From Eledone cirrhosa (lineage: Eukaryota): a DNA stretch of 25,378 bases. A program made the position numbers and the translations under genes. The stretch covers positions 1-25,378 of the forward strand of contig CAXHJY010000733.1 in NCBI GenBank assembly GCA_964016885.1, read 5' to 3'. The notes under the pieces are model-generated. The model was not told the origin of the DNA and searched no databases. It worked only from the letters and a program-made list of their open reading frames with translations. How positions within the stretch are numbered: position 1 is the stretch's first letter; each line of letters begins with the position of its first letter. Shown one piece after another: positions 10,896-20,934 of the stretch.

Positions 10896-12166
10896 GAAGG
10901 CGTTCGTTTTTGGCGTCAACCGAGGAGTAATTTGCGTTGCTCCAGCGGTAACGAACGTCTTCTATCGTGGGTCCGGTCGGGCGGCGGCGGCGGCCTATAA
11001 AGGCAATTCTTTTTCCGCGACGGAAGCGCAATCGAAAGGCGGATCACGAAATGCGGCTAGCCGTCGAGAAGGCGTTCGTTTTTGGCGTCAACCGAGGAGT
11101 AATTTGCGTTGCTCCAGCGGTAACGAACGTCTTCTATCGTGGGTCCGGTCGGGCGGCGGCGGCCTATAAAGGCAATTCTTTTTCCGCGACGGAAGCGCAA
11201 TCGAAAGGCGGATCACGAAATGCGGCTAGCCGTCGAGAAGGCGTTCGTTTTTGGCGTCAACCGAGGAGTAATTTGCGTTGCTCCAGCGGTAACGAACGTC
11301 TTCTATCGTGGGTCCGGTCGGGCGGAGGCGGCCTATAAAGGCAATTCTTTTTCCGCGACGGAAGCGCAATCGAAAGGCGGATCACGAAATGCGGCTAGCC
11401 GTCGAGAAGGCGTTCGTTTTTGGCGTCAACCGAGGAGTAATTTGCGTTGCTCCAGCGGTAACGAACGTCTTCTATGGTGGGTCCGGTCGGGCGGCGGCGG
11501 CGGCCTATAAAGGCAATTCTTTTTCCGCGACGGAAGCGCAATCGAAAGGCGGATCACGAAATGCGGCTAGCCGTCGAGAAGGCGTTCGTTTTTGGCGTCA
11601 ACCGAGGAGTAATTTGCGTTGCTCCAGCGGTAACGAACGTCTTCTATCGTGGGTCCGGTCGGGCGGCGGCGGCGGCCTATAAAGGCAATTCTTTTTCCGC
11701 GACGGAAGCGCAATCGAAAGGCGGATCACGAAATGCGGCTAGCCGTCGAGAAGGCGTTCGTTTTTGGCGTCAACCGAGGAGTAATTTGCGTTGCTCCAGC
11801 GGTAACGAACGTCTTCTATCGTGGGTCCGGTCGGGCGGCGGCGGCGGCCTATAAAGGCAATTCTTTTTCCGCGACGGAAGCGCAATCGAAAGGCGGATCA
11901 CGAAATGCGGCTAGCCGTCGAGAAGGCGTTCGTTTTTGGCGTCAACCGAGGAGTAATTTGCGTTGCTCCAGCGGTAACGAACGTCTTCTATCGTGGGTCC
12001 GGTCGGGCGGCGGCGGCCTATAAAGGCAATTCTTTTTCCGCGACGGAAGCGCAATCGAAAGGCGGATCACGAAATGCGGCTAGCCGTCGAGAAGGCGTTC
12101 GTTTTTGGCGTCAACCGAGGAGTAATTTGCGTTGCTCCAGCGGTAACGAACGTCTTCTATCGTGGG
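10896..12166. repeat. 169/172-bp tandem repeats (~7.4 copies), putative rDNA spacer (IGS/ETS) subrepeats
   Basis: The repeated ORFs are spaced 169 or 172 bp apart, with length differences from one GCG triplet. They lie upstream of 18S. Confidence 0.9.
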
Positions 12167-12257
12167 TTAGGGTTAGGGTTAGGGTTAGGGTTGGGGTTGG
12201 GGTTGGGGTTAGGTTTAGGGTCAGAGTTGGAGTTGGGGTTAGGTTTAGGGTTAGGGT
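12164..12257 (+). repeat. Interstitial telomeric repeat (TTAGGG)n with variant units
   Basis: GGGTTAGGGTTAGGGTTAGGGTTAGGG followed by TTGGGG and TTTAGGG variants. Confidence 0.92.
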
Positions 12258-12351
12258 ACATGATGGTATAGCAAGCAAACTAACAGCACAATTTTTATTA
12301 TAATAAAACTAATAAAACAAATAATAATAATAATAATAATAATAATAATTG

Positions 12352-12620
12352 TCATTGTTCTTTTCTTCTGTTGTGTGTTGTGCCTTTGCCGTCTCTGTCA
12401 TCACTCGTGAACACAGCTTCGAGATACATGAACTTTTCTACCTGCTTCAGTGGGACTCCATTTACATGTAGAGTGCACTGCACAAGCTTCCTTGAGAGGA
12501 TGAATGTCTTGGTTTTCACAGCACTGATTTTCATTCCAGCCATGCAGCACTTGGTAACAAATGTGTTACTCAGAAATGAAAAGTGCTGTTGATATTTCTG
12601 TTTAGATTCATCAATCTCCA
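12352..12620 (-). mobile_element. RTE-like LINE reverse transcriptase fragment
   Basis: GMKISAVKTK...NGVPLKQVEKFMYL matches the post-YADD thumb region (G.KI...KTK ... VE.FKYLG). Confidence 0.75.
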
Positions 12621-12819
12621 CAACTGACAGAACACCACACTAGCACTGAATATCTCTGTTATTCTTTACAATTGACAGTATCTATGGTCCCATAACTCCT
12701 GAGGGAGGGAATCATAGGGGCACCATATTGACATACAGCGCTTAAAGGGCAATTTTTAAAACTTGGTGGAGCCCATCTCCGCTCCAGGTCTGAATACAGC
12801 AGATGTGTTCTAAAGAAGC

Positions 12820-12821
<2 letters not shown>

Positions 12822-12906
<85 letters not shown>

Positions 12907-12909
12907 GAG
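12822..12909. repeat. (GA)n microsatellite
   Basis: Read directly. Confidence 0.95.
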
Positions 12910-12937
12910 AATGGAAGTGCAGAAGAGTTAGAAGAAG

Positions 12938-13100
12938 AATTGACCCCAGTAATACACTGGTACTTTTATTAATCTATTTTGTATGGATGAAAGGCAAAGT
13001 TGACCTGAGCAGGATTTGAATTGAGAGAACAGAGAGCTGAAACAAATAATGTAAAGAATGCTATCTGATATTCTAGCGACTCTGCCAATTTGCTGCCTTA
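12938..13100 (-). mobile_element. Diverged SINE
   Basis: TTGACCCCAGT...CTGGTACTTTTATT...GGATGAAAGGCAAAGTTGACCT...GATTTGAA. Confidence 0.7.
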
Positions 13101-13227
13101 GTGACAGTATACCATACTTAAACTGAATGTCTCCCTTGAATCTGAGAATTTTTTGTAGCAGAAACTTGGTTTTTCTACTCATTAATTTAGCTGAAAATAT
13201 GACAACTTCCTCAGTGCTGATGTCAGA

Positions 13228-13382
13228 GTAAAAAGCACCAAGTACACTCTGTAAAATCGTAGTTGCTGCTGCTGCTGCTGCTGCCATGTGCCATGATAAA
13301 AGCACCAAGTACACTCTGTAAAATCGTATAGAGTTGCTGCTCCCATCATAAAAGCACCCAGTACACTCTGTAAAATCTGTAA
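13228..13382 (+). repeat. Three tandem copies of AAAAGCACC.AGTACACTCTGTAAA, a probable SINE internal fragment
   Basis: Copies at ~13230, ~13298 and ~13350. The same motif occurs at ~17813. Confidence 0.6.
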
Positions 13383-13409
13383 ATAGACAGAGGTAATTTA
13401 AATAATAAA

Positions 13410-14115
13410 GACAGTCATGATAACAATATATTTTATATCACCCTCCTCCCTTACTAATCTGATCACCTAGGTATCAGAAGCTATCAACTCCCTCTATAGA
13501 TCCCACCTGCATTTGAAAAATGTGTCTATCACTGCAATCTCTGTCAAATTTCCCTGTACATCTACTGCATACGTATTTCTCCCTACCTGTCAGTCAGTTT
13601 TCCTGCTATCCCACTACATCTCTTGTGTAGCCAAGATCTGCATTGCGTACTACATTTCATAGAATTTATGCCAACTCCTTTCCTACATATCGAACATGGC
13701 CATTTCCCTGACAGAATCAGAGTTTTGTCCTCTCTTCTACTTATAAACACTTTTGTCTTAGCTAGGTTCACTCTCAGTCTTCTTGATTCCAACTACTGCT
13801 GTTTCCATAGCCAGAATTTATTCTCTAGCTAGCTCCTCTACTGATTCTGCTATAAGAACCAGATCGTCAGCATAGAGAAGTTCCCATGGGCATCCAGTCT
13901 TAAACTACTCCTCCTCTGTTATGGCTTGGAGGGAGGGAGGGAGGGAGGACTATAATGAACAAGAGCGGACTGAGGACCGAACCCTGATGTACACCTACTT
14001 TGTTTCTGGAATTCCTCCTCTCACTTTACTGACAGCACCCTTGTACATAGCTTGCACTGTCCTCACAAGCCATTCCCCTACACCTAGTTTCCTTAAGGAC
14101 CACCAGATGACAGAT
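13410..14115 (-). mobile_element. Degenerate RTE-clade LINE RT with YADD and a Cys/His cluster
   Basis: Minus-strand translation gives WSLRKLGVGEWLVRTVQAMY, PWELLYADDLVLIAES (~13845-13890), and LRVNLAKTKV...KWPCSICRKGVG...C..W.HKRCSG. Frameshifts and deletions are present. Confidence 0.88.
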
Positions 14116-14456
14116 CGGGGTTCTCTATGTCAACAAAAGTTAACTATAGTGGCTTATTCTTCTCTAAGAACCTCTCTTGTAGTTGTCTCTCACTAAGAAG
14201 AGGGCATCCTTGCTGCTAAATTTAATGGACATGTTGAGTAGCACCAAGGTGAGACTCTTTTGGAGTACATGATGGCTAGAGGTATGGCTTGAGGGATCAA
14301 GACTCCTACAGTTCTGTGGTGTAAATGACTTCAAGATATCAGCCAGTCATTTGATCAGGTAGACATACAAGCAAGATTAACTTTATTCTCATCAGAAAAC
14401 AATTAGACAGATGGTTGTGAATATTAAATCATCTTTTTCCAGAGAAGGAAGCCTTT

Positions 14457-14498
<42 letters not shown>

Positions 14499-14500
14499 GA
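14457..14500. repeat. (GATA)n microsatellite
   Basis: Read directly. Confidence 0.95.
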
Positions 14501-14917
14501 GTGTGGACAAAGGAAGACCATAACCTTAACAATAAATAAGACTACACCACCATCTCATAAGAAGACCAAGATGACTGAAGAATGAAGGAGTAACAATCTC
14601 TAGGAATAATGTAGGGTGGTCACACCTGGAACACCCCTCAATTATAAATCTGCAGATAATGGCAGACCCGAGACTAAATAACTATAACAACCTATCTGTA
14701 GATTGAATATGTTTCAATAAAAACAAACAAAAACATTCCCATTAACTCACATGTTTACCCCCCCCCCCCCCCCCCCAATACACCAACATATTTTTATTCC
14801 CTGTTTTAGAAGACAATATTAGTTATTATATTGTGTCTTCTAATTTATCCATTTTTACCAATTCAGTTAAAAGTAAACTTTATAGAAATCAACAAGATAC
14901 TGTAATCTTATACTCAC

Positions 14918-14998
14918 CAACCAACTTCAAACCATTTTCTTCCTAATTGTTTTGCTACCTTCCACAGGACTTTTTTTTCTCTTTAAGATTTTGAGACC
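14918..14998 (-). pseudogene. Possible exon remnant with a death-domain-like motif
   Basis: The minus strand reads ttttcag|GG...GGTTG|gtgagt and encodes VLWKVAKQLGRKWFEVG. The frame is broken at an A8 run. Confidence 0.35.
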
Positions 14999-15149
14999 CT
15001 GAAAATATATTTCCCAAGTTTTTTTTCCCAACTCACTCAACAAACATTAGGAAATAAGTGATTATATTCCCAATTATGCGTTCGGGGTGCTAACTAAAAG
15101 TATTGCGTGGAAAATTGGCTGTATTATTACTATTACTATTATTATTATT

Positions 15150-15935
15150 ACTATTACTATCGAATTAAAGAGATTTCTTCATTTAGAAGCCATTTCTGTA
15201 TTAAATATGGTATATAATCTAACAATACCCCTCATATTAAGGATTTTTAGTCTTGTAGAAGCCATTTCTGTAGTAAATATTGCTTTATACTACTATTTGA
15301 TTTGAATTAAAGAGTTCTAGTCCTTTAGAACCGATTTCTGTATTAAATATGGCATATAATGTAATAATAACCTTCATATTAATGAGTTTTATTCTTGTAG
15401 AAGCTATTTCTGTATTAAATATTGCATATACACTACCATTTCAATCGAATTAATGAGATACCTCCATTTAGAAGCCATCTCTGTATTAAATATGGCACAT
15501 ATACTACTAATACCCCTCATATTAATTAGTTTTAGTCCTGTAGAAGCTATTTCTGTATTAAATATTGCATAGACACTACTATTTCCATCAAATTAACGAG
15601 TCCCTGAATTTAAAAGCCATTTCTGTATTAAATATGTTATATAATCTACTAATACCCTCATATTAATGAGTCCTTTAGAAGGCATTTCTGTATTAAACAT
15701 AGGATATATACTACTATTTTATTCAATTTAAAGAGTTCTAGTCCTTTAGAAGCCATTTCTGTATTAAATATGGCATATAAACTGTAATACCCCTCATATT
15801 AATGAGTTTTAGTCTTGTAGAAGCCATTTCTCTATTAAATATGGCATATAATCTACTAATACCCCTCATATTAATGAGTTTTAGTCCTGTAGAATCCATA
15901 TCTATATTACATATTGGATATAAACTACTATTTCC
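15150..15935. repeat. AT-rich ~71-bp satellite, ~11 copies, two mostly alternating variants
   Basis: TAGAAGCCATTTCTGTATTAAATAT recurs about every 71 bp. Confidence 0.9.
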
Positions 15936-16257
15936 ACAGTAACGTTAGGAAGGCCCAGAACAAGTATATGAAATGCTACACTTAGTACACAGTAATGTAA
16001 GGAAGGCTCTGAACAAAGATGTTAAAATCTACACTCAGTACACAGTAATGTTAGGAAGGCCCAGAACAAGGATGTTAAAATCTACACTCAGTACACACTA
16101 ATGTCAGGAAGGCCCCGAACAAGGATATAATATGCTACACTTAGTACACAGCAATGTTAAGATGGCCCTGAACAAGGATATAAAATGCTACCCTTAGTAC
16201 ACAGTAATGTCAGGAAGGCCCTGAACAAGGATATAATATGCTACACTTAGTACACAG
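15936..16257. repeat. 53-bp minisatellite, 6 copies
   Basis: ACAGTAATG..AGGAAGGCCC.GAACAAG (with variants) starts at 15936, 15989, 16042, 16095, 16148 and 16201. Confidence 0.92.
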
Positions 16258-16369
16258 AGGTGTAGCAGGCAGGTATGACCCCATCACTCATTATAAAACC
16301 TGGTAGAGTACATCACCTCTCCAGGTCTTAATAAAACAGACAGAGAGTGAGAAAGAGATATAGAGGAAG

Positions 16370-16505
16370 AATTAACCCCTAGTATTTGACTGGTACGTTA
16401 TTATCAACCCCGAATGGAAGAAAAGTAAAGTTGAACTCAGATTGAAGAACTGGAAAAAATACTACAAAGAATTCTATGTGATGTTCTAACAACTTTACCA
16501 GATTA
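16370..16505 (-). mobile_element. Highly diverged SINE
   Basis: TTAACCCCTAGT..GACTGGTAC..TATCAACCCCGAA..AAAGTTGAACTCAG. Confidence 0.5.
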
Positions 16506-16796
16506 CCTTATGTATATATATTTGTCTCTAGAGATAAGAAACACTGAAGAAGTTTAGTATGAACCCCCTTAGAGTATCTCCTGAGCAGGATTGAACCCCA
16601 GACCAGAACCTCCACCATCTCTCGTATCTCCCACCAGACCACCATGAAGGATATAAGAATCTACTGAAATTTAATACTTATAAACCTACTTTCAAAATAG
16701 AAATAAAAATGATGTGGTGTTGGTCATGCCTTTCTTAATGTATTTGGTTTAAAAGGTAGTTAAACCTAAAATTTCAATATTCAAATAATTATTGAA

Positions 16797-17290
16797 TAGA
16801 TACACGTCGTTGTCAACGACATATTGAGAAGAAGCCTGGACGCAGCTGGCTTCCCATCACAACTGGGGCCAACAGGTCCCGGAGATGGCAAGCGCCCCGA
16901 CGGAATCACTCTCTTCCCATTCGAAGGACGTAGGTCCCTCATCTGGGACACCACCAGCTACGACACAATCTCCGCCTACAACTTCGTTTCCAAGTCGTTT
17001 CGGTCACAAACCCCGGCATCGCAGCCCACCTCGCAGAAGAACGTAAAATAAACAAATACCGAGGATTGTCCGGCCACTTCCTCTCTGCACCAGTCAACGT
17101 CGAGACCCCAGGAGTACTTGGACCTTGTACTGCCGAGCTCCTCCAAAAGATCGGAGAGTCAGCAGCCCATCTGAGGAGGGAACACCGCGAGGTTGGGTGG
17201 TTGTTGCATTGGGTATCTCTGGCCATCGTCCGCGAGAATATTTTTGCCGTCTTATCCGTGGGGCGCAGCATTTCTGCCCTCTTGCCCTAG
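16797..17290 (+). mobile_element. 3' fragment of a non-LTR retrotransposon with a restriction-like endonuclease (CRE-like)
   Basis: DGKRPDGITLFPF...LIWDTT..DT, then after a frameshift AEERKINKY...PVNVETPGVLG...VSLAIVREN. This is the PD-(D/E)xK REL pattern. Confidence 0.8.
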
Positions 17291-17772
17291 ACTCAAAGCT
17301 CAACCACCCTCCCCTCTCTCCTGCGACACCGGACCTCTTGCCATCCCCTCTCCTTCCCGTTCTGTTTTTTCTTTCTTTCTCTCTTCGATTTAATCAACTT
17401 TCCCCTCCCCCAAATTACTGGCCTTCCACCTTTACTAGAAACCATCATTATTATTGTTATTCTTACTGTAAATAATATCATGTTTATACAGTTTTGATAA
17501 GAAATAAATTGTTCATTACAAACTTGTTTATATAATTATTAATTCTCAAAACACACACACTCATACGTATATATATATGATAAATATTCAGGACCCCGAC
17601 GGCTGAGCTGTGGCTGTTTCAACAACTATTTTGGGATTCAACAAGCTGAAATTTTTTTATAACTGATATAAAGCACTCAACAGTTTAGTGGAGTAAATAC
17701 ACAATATATTAATAAATGGAAAGACAACCTTAACGGTTGGAGCTTCCTGGATAGAGAGAGAGAGAGGGAGAG

Positions 17773-17809
<37 letters not shown>

Positions 17810-18188
17810 TATCCAGTACACTCTGTAAAGTGGTCATTAGGTTAAGATTAAACTGAAATCATACCTCCATTGGCATTGGTGTATATTTTCTGTTTGAATT
17901 CATTTCATTTTTCTTGTTTTTCTTCTATTCCATCTAAATATGAAAAAAATTATACAGGTCATTTCATCCTATCAAGAGGTCAATTTAAAAATACACTGAG
18001 ATAGTACCTTAAAATAATGGTCAAAGAATTGTTTTGAAATAACTTACCTCTCTCTTACTGGTCATACCTGCAAAACATATTTAGCCAATCTCTCAGACAT
18101 TTAAAAAGCTTTCAGGATGTCTATAAATATATAATTATATATATATACATACATACATACATACAGAGAGAATGAGAAAGATACATAC

Positions 18189-18230
<42 letters not shown>

Positions 18231-18309
18231 ACATACATACATACATCCCTATCTATCTATCTATCTAGGGCGGGTAAAATTCCCGATATCCATGGACAAT
18301 ATCTCTTCA

Positions 18310-19143
18310 GCGTTCGTTTTTGGCCTCATCCGAGGAGTAATTTGCGTTGCTCCAGCGGTAACGAACGTCTTCTCGCGTCGCCGTTGGCAAAACGAGGGTA
18401 GCTACGGCTAAACCCAAGCCCGCCGCGGCGGTGGCGACGCAACGCGAGGTCAGAGGCATGACCCGACCGGGTCCACAACGAAAAGCCAAAACCTTCGTCG
18501 CAGCAGAAAGAGTGCGCGCGTCGTCGACCCGTCGTATATCGTCGTCAAGGCGTTTCTCCTGCGTTAAAATGACGGCTATTACGATGGACGCGTATCTACT
18601 GCTGTGACGGAAAGCGGCTAATCGTCGAGGCCGAGGAGGAAGCGGCGGCGCGAGGCGTTCGTTTTTGGCGTCAACCGAGGAGTAATTTGCGTTGCTCCAG
18701 CGGTAACGAACGTCTTCTCGCGTCGCCGTAACGCGAGGTCAGCGGCATGACCTGACCGGGTCCACGACGAAAAGCCGAAACCTTCGTCGCAGCAAGGAAG
18801 AGTGCGCGCATCGTCGCCGTCGTAGATCGCCGTCAAACGCGGTGCAGGGCAATTAGGCGTTTCTCCTGCGTTAAAATGACGGCTATTACGACGGACGCGT
18901 ATCTACTGCTGTGACGGAAAGTGGCTAATCGTCGAGGCCGAGGGTCGGCGAGGAGAAGGCGGCGCGAGGCGGGAAGGCGTTCGTTTTTGGCGTCAACCGA
19001 GGAGTAATTTGCGTTGCTCCAACGGTAACGAACGTCTTCTATCATGGGTCCGGTCGGGCGACGGCGGTCTGGAAAGGCAATTCTTTTGCCGCGACGGAAG
19101 CGCAATCGAAAGGCGGATCACGAAATGCGGCTAGCCGTCGAGA
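18310..19143. repeat. Second, orphan copy of the rDNA ETS/spacer-like sequence: two ~320-345 bp units plus one 172-type unit
   Basis: The core GCGTTCGTTTTTGGCGTCAACCGAGGAGTAATTTGCGTTGCTCC (with variants) occurs at ~18310, ~18655 and ~18978. Flanks match 10580-11070. Confidence 0.9.
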
Positions 19144-19189
19144 AAACGAAAACCAAAGAGGTTGGGGTTAGGGTAAGGGCCAGGTTTAG

Positions 19190-19337
19190 ATGCGCGATGC
19201 TGCATGGTAGTGAGACACGGGCAGCAACTGCAGAGGACATGCGACGGCTGGAGAGAAATGAAGCAAGCATGCTCCGTTGGATGTGCAATGTCAATGTGCG
19301 GGAACGACCAAGCATAGACGAGTTGAGACAGAAACTG
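19190..19337 (+). mobile_element. RTE LINE C-terminal fragment
   Basis: AMLHGSET...RRLERNEASMLRWMCNV. Confidence 0.85.
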
Positions 19338-19710
19338 TAGATCGGGCCATTGGAGACTAAAGACTAGCATGGAATGCTTGGAAAATTAGTGGGAGTAGAG
19401 AAGAATATACAGCCGCCGCCGCTAAGAGAGAAGCTAGACGTCAGGTGTACTTTGCATGGCAAGGAGGCTGATCGACGGGAAGAAGATCAAAGACGTGCGG
19501 TGTTCCGTATTGCGAGGCAGTGTGTCAGTGCAAATCAGGATTAAGTCTGTCCGCAATGATGCCGCTGGCTGTACTTTGTGTCACGAATGAGTGTTGATGA
19601 GTAGAAAAGAGGACAAAACTCTATTCCGTCAGGGAAATGGCCATGTTCGATATGTAGAAAAGGAACTGGCATAAATTATATAAAATGTACACAATGCAGA
19701 TCTAACTAAC
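19337..19710 (+). mobile_element. Internally deleted RTE fragment, duplicated at 21270-21620
   Basis: Near-identical to 21270-21620. Includes SGKWPCSICRKG. Confidence 0.8.
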
Positions 19711-19742
19711 AGCATATTTTGATTATAATAAAACAAATAATA

Positions 19743-19782
<40 letters not shown>

Positions 19783-19783
<1 letters not shown>

Positions 19784-20208
19784 CAATCGGGATCACTTTG
19801 ACTTCATGGAAGTTCCAAATCCTTTTCACCTCCCACTTTAGGTCCTGGTATCGGTTAATTTTCTCCCTCTCCTTCTCTTGCACTCTCGTGTTGAACGGGC
19901 AGGCCACATCCACAATCAGACACGATCTTTTTTCTTTGTCCACAACCACCAGGTCAGGTCTATTGTGTTCCAGTTTTTTGTCCATCTCCAAAAGTTTCCA
20001 GGGATGGTTAAAGAAAATCGGCCCCTTCACGCTTTTTGGAACGCTTCAAAAGGCATGCTTGCTTGGAACAGCAAGAACCCTCCGATACGTCCTGAATATC
20101 TGAGGCTGCAGGTAGTGGCTTGATATTCATTCCAACGGACTTTCCAGTTAACCAACATCAATGACTGAGATTCAAGGAATAATAACAACAATAATAATAA
20201 TAATAATT
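19783..20208. mobile_element. 5'-truncated, 5'-inverted Dong/R4-like REL retrotransposon inserted in (TAA)n
   Basis: 19783-19983 (-) encodes DKKLEHNRPDLVVVDK...IVDVACP...EKINRYQDLKWEVKRIW...VIPI. 19984-20103 (+) encodes ISKSFQGWLKKIG...LQKACLLGTARTLRYVLNI*, followed by a 3' UTR and a TAA tail. Confidence 0.85.
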
Positions 20209-20559
20209 ATCATTGTTCTTTTCTTCTATTGTATCCTCTGCCGTCTGTCATCTGAATAAGAAAAGAAAAGAAAAGAAAAAAAAAACAATGTTAAAAATGT
20301 TGCATTTAGATACACTATGTCTGATAGCCACTAATACTAACTACTGTACTGTACATTAGATAATGTAGTCCTAGATAGGGTTTGAAATGTTGGAAATACA
20401 CAAGGTTTGGCTGAAAACTTTGTAAGCTGACTGTGAAGGATTGATCATAGATCTGTGAAATCTTACATTAATTTCAATTCTTCTTAATAACCACATTGTT
20501 TCATTCCAGGGACTATGTTGAAAAATAAACCTCATTTGGCGATTCCGTGAGAGTATTCC

Positions 20560-20820
20560 TGCACGTCTCACTCCGTCTCAAGATAACCGAGACATCACCA
20601 ACAACCAACCCACGCTGTGGGAAACATTCCTCCCCGGGGCACACCCTGGTACTTCACACCCCATCTGTCTGTCTCGCTGCCTAACTACCGAGAAATCCGG
20701 CTTCTGTGCTTGCCTGATTTGTAGGTTATTAGGCGGCAGTGAGGCAGGTTTGTGGAAGTTGGTTTTGCAAATGGTTAAAACACTTGCATCACAAAATTCA
20801 AGAAGCATCACTCCTTGTTT
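20560..20820 (-). mobile_element. RTE apurinic endonuclease fragment
   Basis: LLEFCDASVLTICKTNFHKP resembles the APE motif G..LL.FC....L.I.NT.F.K. Confidence 0.65.
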
Positions 20821-20934
20821 TATCTTTCTTGTCTTTACCTAGGCCTGCATAAGTTAGTGTTAGGGTTAGTGTTACAGTTGGGTTAGTGTTAATTGCTTCT
20901 GCTAGGTAAAGAAAAGAAAGACTTCATTTACAAG

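Noticed and set aside
10920-10952. 18S-like CGCAAATTAC motif in the spacer repeat core (minus strand)
   Set aside because: About 10 bp of identity with no convincing flanking match, so it may be chance.
12164-12257. True chromosome end
   Set aside because: The tract is short and degenerate and is followed by 13 kb of further sequence.
10810-12303. Tandem ~123-aa ORFs
   Set aside because: They are stop-poor, GC-rich tandem repeat translations that shift frame in each unit.
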